Source: Lingula anatina
Lineage: Eukaryota; Animalia; Brachiopoda
DNA: 64,000 nt
NCBI GenBank assembly: GCA_051362555.1
Contig: CM120641.1
Coordinates: 4,402,001 to 4,466,000 of the forward strand
Direction of reading: 5' to 3'
Shown here: piece after piece, positions 13,345 to 24,200 of the stretch
Numbering within the stretch: the stretch's first letter is position 1
How the letters are laid out: the number at the start of each line of letters is the position of its first letter
Notes under the pieces: generated by a model
Databases searched by the model: none
The model's input: only the letters and a program-made list of their open reading frames with translations
What the model was told of the DNA's origin: nothing
Made by a program: the position numbers and the translations under genes

Positions 13345-15451
13345 GATGTCGATAGATCTCTTTTCTGGAATGCAGAAAAATATGACAAAACTGGAAACTT
13401 TTCCAATATTGCTGCAGTACTTTATCTATTCCTACAGTCTACTTCTATAATATAGGGTTTTTAACTAGCATGAAAAGACAAGAAAGCACAAAAACTTTAT
13501 CCGTCCATCATAAGCACTGACGTAAATGTTGAACAAGCTTTAACGATTACATGTACCTTTAATAATAACAGTGACAATGCAATACGTCTTACCCCCTCCA
13601 CTTGCTGTTAACGTTAACGAGGATTCCAAGCGGCGTATACGCTAGCATAGGGCATGAAATTCAGCTTCATAAGGGCAGTGATCACAATGATGGAATATTT
13701 AATCCTTTCTGATACATTGACCATATTGTTACACAGTCTGTGCGTGGGCCAAACCTGACTGGGAGAGCGATGAGTGCAAATGGCCGCTCTACAGTAGCTG
13801 CAGCAAAGTGCCGCTGTTTACTATATTGTGCTTGTTGTGGATCTATTAGCGCAACTAACACACTTGCATCTGCATGATCCGTTTGGAGGAGCGGTGAAAC
13901 GCTAGGTTTTTTTTTCTTTTTTAACACACTTAATGAATACACTCAATAAAAGATGGACTTTGGAATTAAAGAGTGGTCTTTTTGAGGTGAATTACATACA
14001 CTGGGCAGATTCACACTGCGCCTATTTAGGGGGATGTACTTGGGGGTTTCTGAATTAAACTAGAATTGTTCATGATGCCACAAAATGCTGCAAGTAGTAG
14101 ACCATTATTACTACAATCAATATCATCTTTCTTTCGCCTTCTACAGTTCCTTTATTACATTCATAATAAAATTTACAATCTCTTCTTGTAAAAATGTGAG
14201 AAAGTTGTTAAATATGGACTGTTCATATGTATGTGAATGTTAATATATATACTTTTACTAACCAGCAACCAGCATTAAATTTCTCAGCTGAAAGTAAGAC
14301 AAAATATAAAATTTCATATATTTTAGCGAAATATTGGTCAGTTTGTCATTTGATAATATAAAATATAAAAATATAAGCATTTTACTGCAGTTTCATAAAA
14401 AATATTAGTCTTTGATTTACCTCGTTTTATCTTAGATCTTATCTTAAAGTAATGATACCAGTATGATTACTACTGAAAGCTTTGCATTCGTTGATTCATA
14501 AAAATTAGCTAAAATAATTGTAAGTTGAAAAATAAAATCACATATCTATCCATCTTAAGACATAGGTTATCATAAAAATTCTCCACTGTCATATCCAGCC
14601 ATGATGTATCTGGTGCCCAATACTGGCACAAAACAGCTTGATTGCAATTAATACCCATTATCTCTCTGAAATCCTTTATCTGGATAAATACAATAAGTGG
14701 TGGATGGGAGACATTACTCAGGGAAATTACATTGTTTTAGGGTCATCCATTTTATTATCACTTTCACAGGTTTACAAACCAAACAGTAGAGGGTTGGTAA
14801 TGCCCACTGTACACTTTGGAAAAATAATAAAAATGAATACCCTAACTGCTGTCATAGGCCATAAATTTTAGATTTTCACCTTGTACTCTCTGAAGGGGGG
14901 AGGATAAAAATGGAGCACCCCTTACAGCAGTGTGTGCCCAACCAAACCTGGGCTTTAATATGGCACCTTAAATAAGAATTTGGATATTTAACAAATTGGT
15001 ATAAAAAAGATGATGCATAGTTATATTGTGCAAATGAACAAATACTTTCATGGATGATTATGTATATCTTTATCATCCAGTGCATAATTAAAATAAAGCA
15101 CTTTGTCCGACTAGACATCTGGACTGTAAAATATAATAATGTATTTCAGTTTACAAATCAAGGCTCTCACAAATTGATATCTAATAATGGGTAAAATTCA
15201 ACCTAATGGTTATTCTAACAATAATGATAAAAATATAATGAAAACATAATTAAGATGAAAAATTAATTGAGACTATTATACAGGGAAAAGTTATCATCAG
15301 TACAGATGAGCTATGTAATTTTTGTTTCACAAAACTTTCTACTGGCTACTCTATTTCATTAAAGGCGTGCAAAGCAAGTCCTAGCTGTACAAAATTGATG
15401 ACAAACAAATGCTAAAAGCTAAAGTTGTAAGTCATTATTCAATGCTTTGAG

Positions 15452-15482
<31 letters not shown>

Positions 15483-15644
15483 GATGCATTTTTAGGAATG
15501 TATTTATCTTGAAACAAGAGGCTATAAAAATAATTTCATTTACATTATTTGAAAAGCAAAATCAATAGGTAGTACTGCTGATGCAGCAAAATCTCTGTCC
15601 ATGAGGAGAACAACGGAAATCCAAGAACGTTTTTCTAAAACTTA

Positions 15645-18383
15645 TTATTTTTTCCAAAATTTTTTGGGTGTCCATTTCTTCTTTTGCTTCTCCCTAACTT
15701 TTGGGAGTTCAAAATGGTCCAAGGCATATTCATCAGCAGGTTCTCCTAAATTTTCTTCTGCTAACACATCACTCTTTCGGCTGTCTGAGTCGGAATCATA
15801 AATGGCAGCATCATTTACGAGTTTAGTACCAGGGAAAGGTGGTGGAAGACGGTGTTTTGGCTTAGGAGGTGGAGGAGGTGGGCCTCTTGATGCAGCATCT
15901 TTTTCGTCATTGGAGAAATGGTTCTCATCTGTCTGTGGTACCAATGGCAATGGTTTGTTACTCTTCTTGCTCATGAGTTTTGTTTGCCTCACTGTGCCAT
16001 CCACTGGATAGTAGTTCTTTGCTGGAGCTACTAATTCATGTAGTTGTGAGGAAGTTGGTCTGTTTTCAGGCAAAGGATGCCAGCACTGTTTCATGATGTC
16101 ATAAAAAAGATCTGCCTTTTCTAGAGGTGTTTTCTTATTTAGCTTTCCTTTAGTAGAAGGGAAGTCCATAATTTTGCCCTGTTTGACAAATATGGCTGCT
16201 TCTCGGTTGTTCTTCTCTGGATATGGTGGCTGCCCATTGCTGAGAACTTCCCAAAGAAAGATGCCAAAGGCCCACACATCAGACTTTGTGCTGTATACGG
16301 CTTCTTCCAATACTTCTGGTGCAGCCCATTTCACAGAGATTTTTTCATTTTTGCAAGCCCTGTAGCGGTCATCTTCTACATATCTTGCCATCCCAAAATC
16401 TGCTAACTTTGCATGGAAACTTTCATTGAGGAGGACATTTCTGGCTGCAACATCACGATGCAGTATATATCTCTGGCGCTCAAGGTATTTCAAAGCAGAT
16501 GCAATGTTCTCAAAGACATCGAAGTAAGGCAGATCTGAGACTTCATTATTCTTCAGCCATTGTCGAAGATTTCCACATGGCATCTTCTCCATAACGATGG
16601 CAAATGGTTCTTGTGAAAAGCGAACTCCCACCAGCTTTATTATGTGATCATGGCATAGGCGCATCAAGGTCTGTGCTTCATTCAAAAAGTCATCCTCAGC
16701 TGAATCGGAAACATCTTGTGTATGGAGCATTTTTGCAGCCACATCTTGGGTTTTTAATGTAGCATTGACAACAATACCAAACTGCCCATTTCCAAGCTTT
16801 GTGCCTTCTTGGAGGTCATCTTCAATCTCAAAGGATTTCTGGTAGTGATGACCAGGTGTGATGGCAAGGTGGGCTTCTTTAAATGGACGTCTCAGTCTTG
16901 TGACAAGTCCATATCTGCTGCAGCGGAAATAGTTCACCAAGTCCTTAAGTGTTGGAAACACGCGGTAATCTCCACCAAGACTAAACTCTCTGTCTTCTTC
17001 TTTTATTGGATAGGGCCAGACTTGGCCAAACTCATCACAAACTGCTAGGTAATAACCATCATTCTTGGAGGAGGGATAGACCATGAAGCAGCCTTCTCGT
17101 TTTCTTTGCTGAAGCATAAAAGTGGCATTCTTGGTAGTAATGCGAATGGGATAGAACCATGGTTCTTTTTCAGGTCCACCATAAAGAGAAACCTTTGAAG
17201 CTGGAATGCAAAAAGATCTCCCATCTAAATCATAGGCAATGCATGCAGGTGGTTGGTCTCTCAGATAGTCACCGCTGTGTTCTATCAGGAGTGGTGTTCC
17301 TTCTTTAAGGCATACAGCATTTTCTTCAACTTTACAAAATTCAGCGCCATCTACCTGTATGACTGGGTAATTGGAAGTGGACTGTCGTCGAAATTTTTTT
17401 GCTACCAATTTGGCTCGTGTAGCTTTCTCCCCAGCAGCTGACTTCAAGGCAGATTTGTGATCATCTGTGTACTGTGGCTTTATCACTTTTCTTTCTCTCA
17501 CATTTGCATAATCGGGTTCCTTGTCTTCTTTGTTTTTGTCTTTGTCTAACCTCTGCAATGCCGCTGCCACTTTCCCACTCCCAGCATTGGGTTTTGGCAT
17601 TACCTGAGGTTTTTGCTTCACTGCTGTCTCAGCTCCACTCTTTTTCTCCAAACCCTCAGGAATAAGGAAGAATTTTTTGCATGCAAATGTTTCTGTGCAA
17701 TTTTGAGATGGCTGTGGAAAATCTTCATCTAAAAACACCTCGCTGAAGTCATGCAAAGGAAGGACTATTACATCTTCTTTAAGAAAGGCTTCAACTAGCT
17801 CATCTGGTTCATGGGCACTTGAATAACGTGACTTTTTAGAGTATTTGGATTTGGGTTTGGTGCCTTTTCTGGCTTCTTGCCTTATCTTTCCTACTTCAGA
17901 TATCCCCATGTTGGAGACATCTTCTGACACCAAGATGTACCCATCATTGTCCAGCTCATCTTCATACAGATGATCAGTTGTGTCATTTGGATGAACGGTC
18001 CCCACATTATCTTTTATTGACTCCTTTGTTATGGCTGCCAACAGATAACTTGAATCATAAAAATATTCATCATCATCCCTCTCCTCTTCCTTGTCAAATG
18101 CATCTTGAACGAGGTTTCTCAAATGTTCTTGGCCGGTTTCAACAAGAGCTTTCATTAAGACCTTGAATGCTGCGTCCCCACGATGCGAAATAATTTCTAG
18201 GAACTTTTCACAGCTCTTTTGACGAGTTTGACATTGCCGTACATCTTCATGCATGTGGTCTGTGAGCACCCCTTCCTGTATCAGGTGAGCACTGAACTCT
18301 GGGTCCAACACATCCAGGTCACGGATTAGAGCCACTCTACATTTGTTCAAGGCTTTGCGGTACTCTTCACGCATAGACCCCAT
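15645..18383 (-). CDS. CARD - degenerate SH3 - degenerate SH2 - Tec-family-like tyrosine kinase (912 aa, single coding exon)
   Basis: N-terminal CARD pattern (MREEYRKALNKCRVALIRDL...LIQEGVLT...FLEIISHRGDAAFKVLMKALVETGQEHL). SH2-like segment (EPWFY...EGCFMVYPS...FPTLKDLVNYF). Tec-like GLVTRLRRP linker. Kinase motifs GNGQFG, VAAK, HRDVAARN, DFGMARYVEDDRY, VKWAAPE, SDVWAFG. Acceptor at 18391 and a 5'UTR exon donor at 19337. Confidence 0.9.
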   Translation of the reverse strand: MGSMREEYRKALNKCRVALIRDLDVLDPEFSAHLIQEGVLTDHMHEDVRQCQTRQKSCEKFLEIISHRGDAAFKVLMKALVETGQEHLRNLVQDAFDKEEERDDDEYFYDSSYLLAAITKESIKDNVGTVHPNDTTDHLYEDELDNDGYILVSEDVSNMGISEVGKIRQEARKGTKPKSKYSKKSRYSSAHEPDELVEAFLKEDVIVLPLHDFSEVFLDEDFPQPSQNCTETFACKKFFLIPEGLEKKSGAETAVKQKPQVMPKPNAGSGKVAAALQRLDKDKNKEDKEPDYANVRERKVIKPQYTDDHKSALKSAAGEKATRAKLVAKKFRRQSTSNYPVIQVDGAEFCKVEENAVCLKEGTPLLIEHSGDYLRDQPPACIAYDLDGRSFCIPASKVSLYGGPEKEPWFYPIRITTKNATFMLQQRKREGCFMVYPSSKNDGYYLAVCDEFGQVWPYPIKEEDREFSLGGDYRVFPTLKDLVNYFRCSRYGLVTRLRRPFKEAHLAITPGHHYQKSFEIEDDLQEGTKLGNGQFGIVVNATLKTQDVAAKMLHTQDVSDSAEDDFLNEAQTLMRLCHDHIIKLVGVRFSQEPFAIVMEKMPCGNLRQWLKNNEVSDLPYFDVFENIASALKYLERQRYILHRDVAARNVLLNESFHAKLADFGMARYVEDDRYRACKNEKISVKWAAPEVLEEAVYSTKSDVWAFGIFLWEVLSNGQPPYPEKNNREAAIFVKQGKIMDFPSTKGKLNKKTPLEKADLFYDIMKQCWHPLPENRPTSSQLHELVAPAKNYYPVDGTVRQTKLMSKKSNKPLPLVPQTDENHFSNDEKDAASRGPPPPPPKPKHRLPPPFPGTKLVNDAAIYDSDSDSRKSDVLAEENLGEPADEYALDHFELPKVREKQKKKWTPKKFWKK

Positions 18384-18692
18384 TTTATACCCTGCAAATG
18401 AAAAAAAAAATAATAAAATTTAATAAATATCTGCATTTATGTAATGACATATACTGTCTGCTACAGCACCAACAGAAGCAAGGGCTTCCACAATTATTAC
18501 TTTTTACAGATATTTTCAAACAAGGTACATGTAAACACATAAAAAAAGAGCAAAATCAGGGCATATTTAAATACGTTTTCATTTTTACATTTTCTTTCAT
18601 ATGAAAAGGTGGATTCAGTAACTGTTGATCTACATGTATGTCATCAAAATAAAACTGCAGCAACATGGAAATAAAATTTTGTATGTCCCACT

Positions 18693-18848
18693 CAGTGTTT
18701 GCCTCTTAGGAAAATAAGTTGCTGGACCGAAAGTCCAGCCATCTTGAAAAGTAGCTGGACTGAATGTCTGCCGGGTGGGAAAACTTCTCAGCCCGTCCTG
18801 AAAGTTGTCAGCCCCGGGCAGACCGTCCAGCCTTAATTTCTAACACTG
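18693..18848. mobile_element. Probable hAT-type MITE in the 5'UTR intron of the kinase gene
   Basis: Terminal inverted repeats CAGTGTT...AACACTG. Flanks gtcccact / accccact (6/8 match, degenerate 8-bp TSD). Internal repeated gctggac/gtccagc subterminal motifs. Confidence 0.5.
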
Positions 18849-19028
18849 ACCCCACTTCATTTAGTAGGTACAAATGTACTTCACCTATCAAATTTTAATG
18901 GTTAACTCAGACAAACAGAGTCAGGCTCAGTGTCAGATTTCAATTAAAATCTCCCTGGAGTTAAACCTTTCTGCGAGTTCAGCATACCAGTATAAAGAGG
19001 CCTACACATTCTGCCAGCTAGTGTATAA

Positions 19029-19240
19029 TTAGTATAGTATAGTATAGTATAGTATAGTATAGTATAGTATAGTATAGTATAGTATAGTATAGTATAGTAT
19101 AATAATAGTATAGTATAGTATAGCATAGTATAGTATAGTATAGTATAGTATAGTATAGTATAGTATAGTATAGTATAGTATAGTATAGTATAGTATAGCA
19201 TAGCATAGTATAGTATAGTTGTACTGTAGAGTAGAGTAGA
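19029..19240. repeat. (TAGTA)n pentanucleotide microsatellite
   Basis: About 200 bp of near-perfect tagta repeats. This explains the spurious YYTIL-repeat ORFs. Confidence 0.97.
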
Positions 19241-19549
19241 GTAGCTAGGGTATATAAGTGATAACAACTCACAAAATTCACAAACGGCCTGAACACAGAA
19301 AGTTGAAATACGGGTACTGTGTTATTTATTGCTTACCTGTCCAAGTCTGGCTTGTAGCTTTTATTCGAGCATTTAGTGACTTTGGGTTAATCACCACTAG
19401 AGTCTACCATTCGGCTTCCAAATCATTTACCTATAGATCTGATAGATCGGCTGATAGATTTACCTGAAAACTACGCAAACTACTTAATCTAATAGATCGG
19501 CTGATGGATTTACCCGAAAACTCCTACGCAAACTTCCTACACACTCTAC

Positions 19550-19960
19550 GCATCGTTACTTCCGCACCTATAGCTTCATAAATTCCAAACTGCTGCCTCG
19601 ATTTCGGCACAGTGGCTTATGTTCAATTTTCGACATATATATACGTAAACGAGGTCATTTAAGTTACAGAGTGAGTCTGACGCATCGGATACAGTCACTA
19701 GCTGGGCAAAACCACGTTATCTAAGGTCCGGGATGGAAATCCCGAGGTTACCAAGTGGGCTGATCAAATATTAGCTGATCAGCCCTAGTTTCCATGGCAC
19801 ATATCCTAATAATAGGCCAATTTACTGTATTTCAATAGGCCTAACTTAACCCTCACCTTTAAAATATTAGGGCCTATTTGCATTTTCTGTCTTTTCGACG
19901 AAGTCTGCAAAGTGAAAGTAAGAAGGCTAAAAGAATTCTCCAGATCGACACACGAGTCAC
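19550..19960 (-). promoter_or_regulatory. Putative promoter of the CARD-kinase gene with kB-like, IRF-like and ETS-like motifs
   Basis: CpG-richer region upstream of the 5'UTR exon. GGAAATCCC at 19735-19743, AAAGTGAAAGT at 19909-19919, ACTTCCG at ~19558. Confidence 0.45.
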
Positions 19961-20521
19961 TGACGAGGGGCACGTAGGCATACAGTGTACCTCTTAGTGT
20001 ATAGTGTTGATGGTAGGCCTAATAATTAAAACCTGTGTAAACTAATATAAGGTATACCCTAGTGCGCACTCAGCGTTGAAACGACACAAATTAATGCCAT
20101 AGAGTCCTATTTAAATAGATTACTGATTATAACTTATGAGAAAGAGAACTCGGAAGTAGTGTTCATAAGTACGTAAATTCGCAAGAAAGGAGACTACTAC
20201 ATGTACATATGTAGTAAGTAATTAAATAGAGAAATGTTAAACTGATTAAATCAATAAACAGGATAAAGATAAACCAGCGCAAAAGTAATTGATTAACCAA
20301 AAAGTGTTTATCAAGTACCAATTTTCAAATTTGCAAATAAAATTCATGATTCCTTCGTTTTAGACCCTACTCGAATAAGTTAATTCCTTGTTAATAGGCC
20401 TACTGGTACATGTACCAGATGAATAAATGTGCTTCCAGACACAATGCCCCTATTAATTAATTATAATTAATTAATAATAAATAAATACATGAGAAGTACC
20501 AATACATAAATAAATATACGA

Positions 20522-20598
20522 AAAACAAACAAACAAACAAACAAACAAATAAATAAATAAATAAATAAATAAACAAATAAATAAATAAATAAATAAAA
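20522..20598. repeat. (AAAC)n/(AAAT)n microsatellite
   Basis: Compound tetranucleotide run. Confidence 0.9.
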
Positions 20599-21292
20599 TA
20601 GACACTCCAGTTAACAAAGCAACTGAAAATGAATCAGAGACGGTAAAATCGATGCATTTCTCTTTCGCAGGTAATCTTAAATTTTATTGAAAAACCAAGA
20701 CATGTCACTGCTCAAAGAAAAAAGAGCAAACAAAGAAATAAATGGGTAGATACATCGATAAAAGAATACATCATTAGAATTGTCGATAACGATATAGTTT
20801 AAAGAGAATAGAGCTTCTAGATAATCATTTTTTTTTTGCATTACATAAATCCCCTTTATTGCCAGAAACATTTGCATATTTCAAAAAAATATTAAAGAAT
20901 TTTAAACTGCTTTTATAAAATATACCCCTTAAAAGCTAGGAAGCAGAAATTTAAACTGGTATGCCCAGTTTTAACTAACCAATGCGTCTAAAACACGCCA
21001 GGCCAGAGATTTAATGTGTGCATTTCATCAATATGCATGTATATTATCAGTGATGTAATCCTATTTGTCCCGGCTTTTACAGAAAAACACAGCACGTCAG
21101 TGTTCGTATTTACACCAAGACTGCAGTTCTAAAGTATACAACAGTCGCCTCACTTATAATTTTTACAGATAAGTGAGTTGTCGCCGTTTCTATTGGCATT
21201 TTGAAAATGTACAACGGTTCAACTTCTCGGTAGTATTAGAAAAAGTTTTGCAGTCATCCCTGCCGTAAATGAAGCACTTTTCTCGACACCTT

Positions 21293-24200
21293 TTAAAGTT
21301 GCATTTTTCTCATTTGCTCTTGTATCCAGTCGTAGTACATAGAGACCACAGTGTAGACTCCCGGCTTTTTGGGCCATCCACAACCATCTCCGAAACTCAC
21401 TAAGCCTACAATATAATGAGGGAGGAAAAACATAAGGTGGCAGTTATAACACATAAAAATGCCGTAAAAACATTTCTGTTATGAATAAATCGCATCAGAT
21501 AAATCTTAACATTTTTAATCTAGATTTACGGGGAACGTGTATGCTGACATTGTGTAAGTCGACATTTAGCTTGTGTAGTGCATGCATCATTACCCTCTCC
21601 TTTGTGCCATCGGTTTATAGGCATACCCTATTTGGGCAGGTAGGCTTACTTGTAGGCTTATACCCTGTTGATGGCACCCAATAGATATTTCGCTTGTAAG
21701 CAAAATATTTGTTAGTTTCTTCGACGAGAGGACGGCTGTGATGATGTTTCTTTACTATAAAAATTGTTCTACTTTTCATTTTTTTTTTTTTTTTTGTTCA
21801 ATATTGAATTTTTTTGCTGTTGCAATTTTGCACAATATACACAAATGTAGGTAGCCTGAGCGAAATCAAATTGAACTGAATGTATGTCCATTATCAGCTC
21901 TCCCAACCAATGCTTTAAATATTTAGAAAATTCCAAAACTTACCGAAAAGATACCATTTCCCGTCATGTGGGCACATCAACGGCCCTCCGCTGTCCATCT
22001 GAAAAAAAAAAAAAACGTATAGAATTTGAAGCTCTTGAAAAGGTACATTCAAACTGGAGAAAAATAAAAAACTACCCTTGTTCGTGGTTAAGATTGTGTG
22101 GGATAATGCTTGAAACTGATGCTATAAACTATGCTTGAATTGTTTGTGAAGTACATGTAGAACCATTTGTTAATAGAAAAAAAGACAAACTGTAATAAAA
22201 GTTGTTGCAATTGATATACTGAATCTGTTCACCTACATTAACACAACTAATTTTCAAACTTGAAATCTTGCGGCATCTACATGTAACAACCAGATGGCAT
22301 ACAGTATCTATAATTTGATTGCATGTGAACGGCAGTTGGACCAATTTCCATTTGAAATTGACCCTGTGTGAACCGTACCTTGCATGAGTCTCTCCCGCCT
22401 TGCAGACTAGCTGCACACGCCATTGTGTCAGAAATATTGAAGGACGGCAGCAGATTTCGACACGTTGTCATTTCCAAAATCGGCACCTCCACATAATACA
22501 GCTTGTCGCTCCACTGCCATCTCGGTATCTTGTCGTTTGACTCTGCCTCTGAAATTAAAACACAAGGAAAATTAAAATTAAAACCCATACATTTAATTGG
22601 TGATGTTTGCAGTTTAACCACTTAATTTTAGTCCGACAATGAAACTATGATATTACCGATGATTTAAAAGAGAACAGATTTACGAATGTAGTTTCAAATT
22701 TTTTGTCATTTTTTCGATACGTCGACTTGAAAGCAAAGTGACACTGCTGCAAGGGTTTTATTCCGATGAAAAATAAGAACAAAACGTAAATAATAATACT
22801 GTTCGAGTCTGAACGAGAAGGTTGCTAAAGCAGGACAGAGCAAACAGACCCCTTATTAAACAGTTGGCTCAGAAGGCTGAAGTACATATACACTGTACAT
22901 CGACGACAGCTAACATTTTCTGGAATCACTTTATCAATAAATAAAGCGTGATAATAATAATTATAATAAATTTATGATCAGGCAGTGGTATCTGTATATT
23001 ATATTTTACTTCTCTTTTTATGTTTTTTTTCACTATATGAATATGACTCTTATAGTAAAAAATAAATAATTAGATAAATAAAAGGACAGAGACCGTCAGC
23101 AACACCCGTCATGAGATTTACCCGGTACATACGTTTAGAAAAGCCCCAACCAGCGACAATGCATTTGGTTCCGCCATCTTCTCGGAAGGTAGGCAAACAG
23201 ATAGGGCTGACGTATTTACTCCCTGCCACAGGTCGGTCAAGTTTCACCAACGTCACATCATTGTTCAGAGTTGCTGGATCAAAATCTGGATGGTTTTCCC
23301 ACGTAGCTACAGTATAAACTTGCTCAGAACCCTCCTCCAGTAGCAGGTCTGACTCTCCAAGCGTGATCTGCCACTGGTCTAGTCTTTCACTAAATTAATC
23401 ATAGTAGGTTTTGTATAATGAAAATACATTTTAAACACCATTTGCTAGTGGTGAGCGCGCTCGCGCTCGCGAGAGAGAGAGAGACAGAGAGAGAGACAGA
23501 GAGATCAACTGTAAATTACTGATGATCATAACAGGATATACATGTACTTGTACCTCGATTAATATACATATGCAATTAAAGGAGAATCAATTAAGTCGAT
23601 AGCATAATATTTAGATAACAGCAAATATCTAATGAGCAAAAAAAAAAAAAATTATTTGAAATACATGCAGCTAAGAGAGTTAGATACCGCCACACAACAA
23701 AACAAAATCAGAGAGAGAGGGGATATAGAAAGAAAGAGTGATGATAACGATAAAAATATCAAATAATTTCTCAGTTAACACCCGTGGTATTTTCATCAAT
23801 CATCTTTATTCCAGCCATTAACTATGTTTTAATACAATAATATGAAAATAGATGTGTTCACAGAGAAATATGGATGATATTCTTCAATGTAAAAAGAATA
23901 GAGAAAGGACGTGGCACACATGGAATACACGATACATGTAACTTACCCGAAAAACGTAGCACAGTGAGCCGCAGTGAGCATAAACTGTGGGGCAATAAGT
24001 ACTCCTCCACACAAATGACCCAGTATAGGGGGGCGACCATAAGCTATTTGTGCCTACAATATATGATAGAACATTCGACTGTGAAAAAGATGTACATTTC
24101 ATTGGCATTGACAAATAAATGAAAAAGGTGTAATTGGCACTTTGTAGCCATTTCAGTCTTAAAAGTGAACTGCGATTTACAAAATTGCACATACTGTATA

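Noticed and set aside
18944-19296. YYTIL-repeat ORFs
   Set aside because: Translation of the (TAGTA)n microsatellite.
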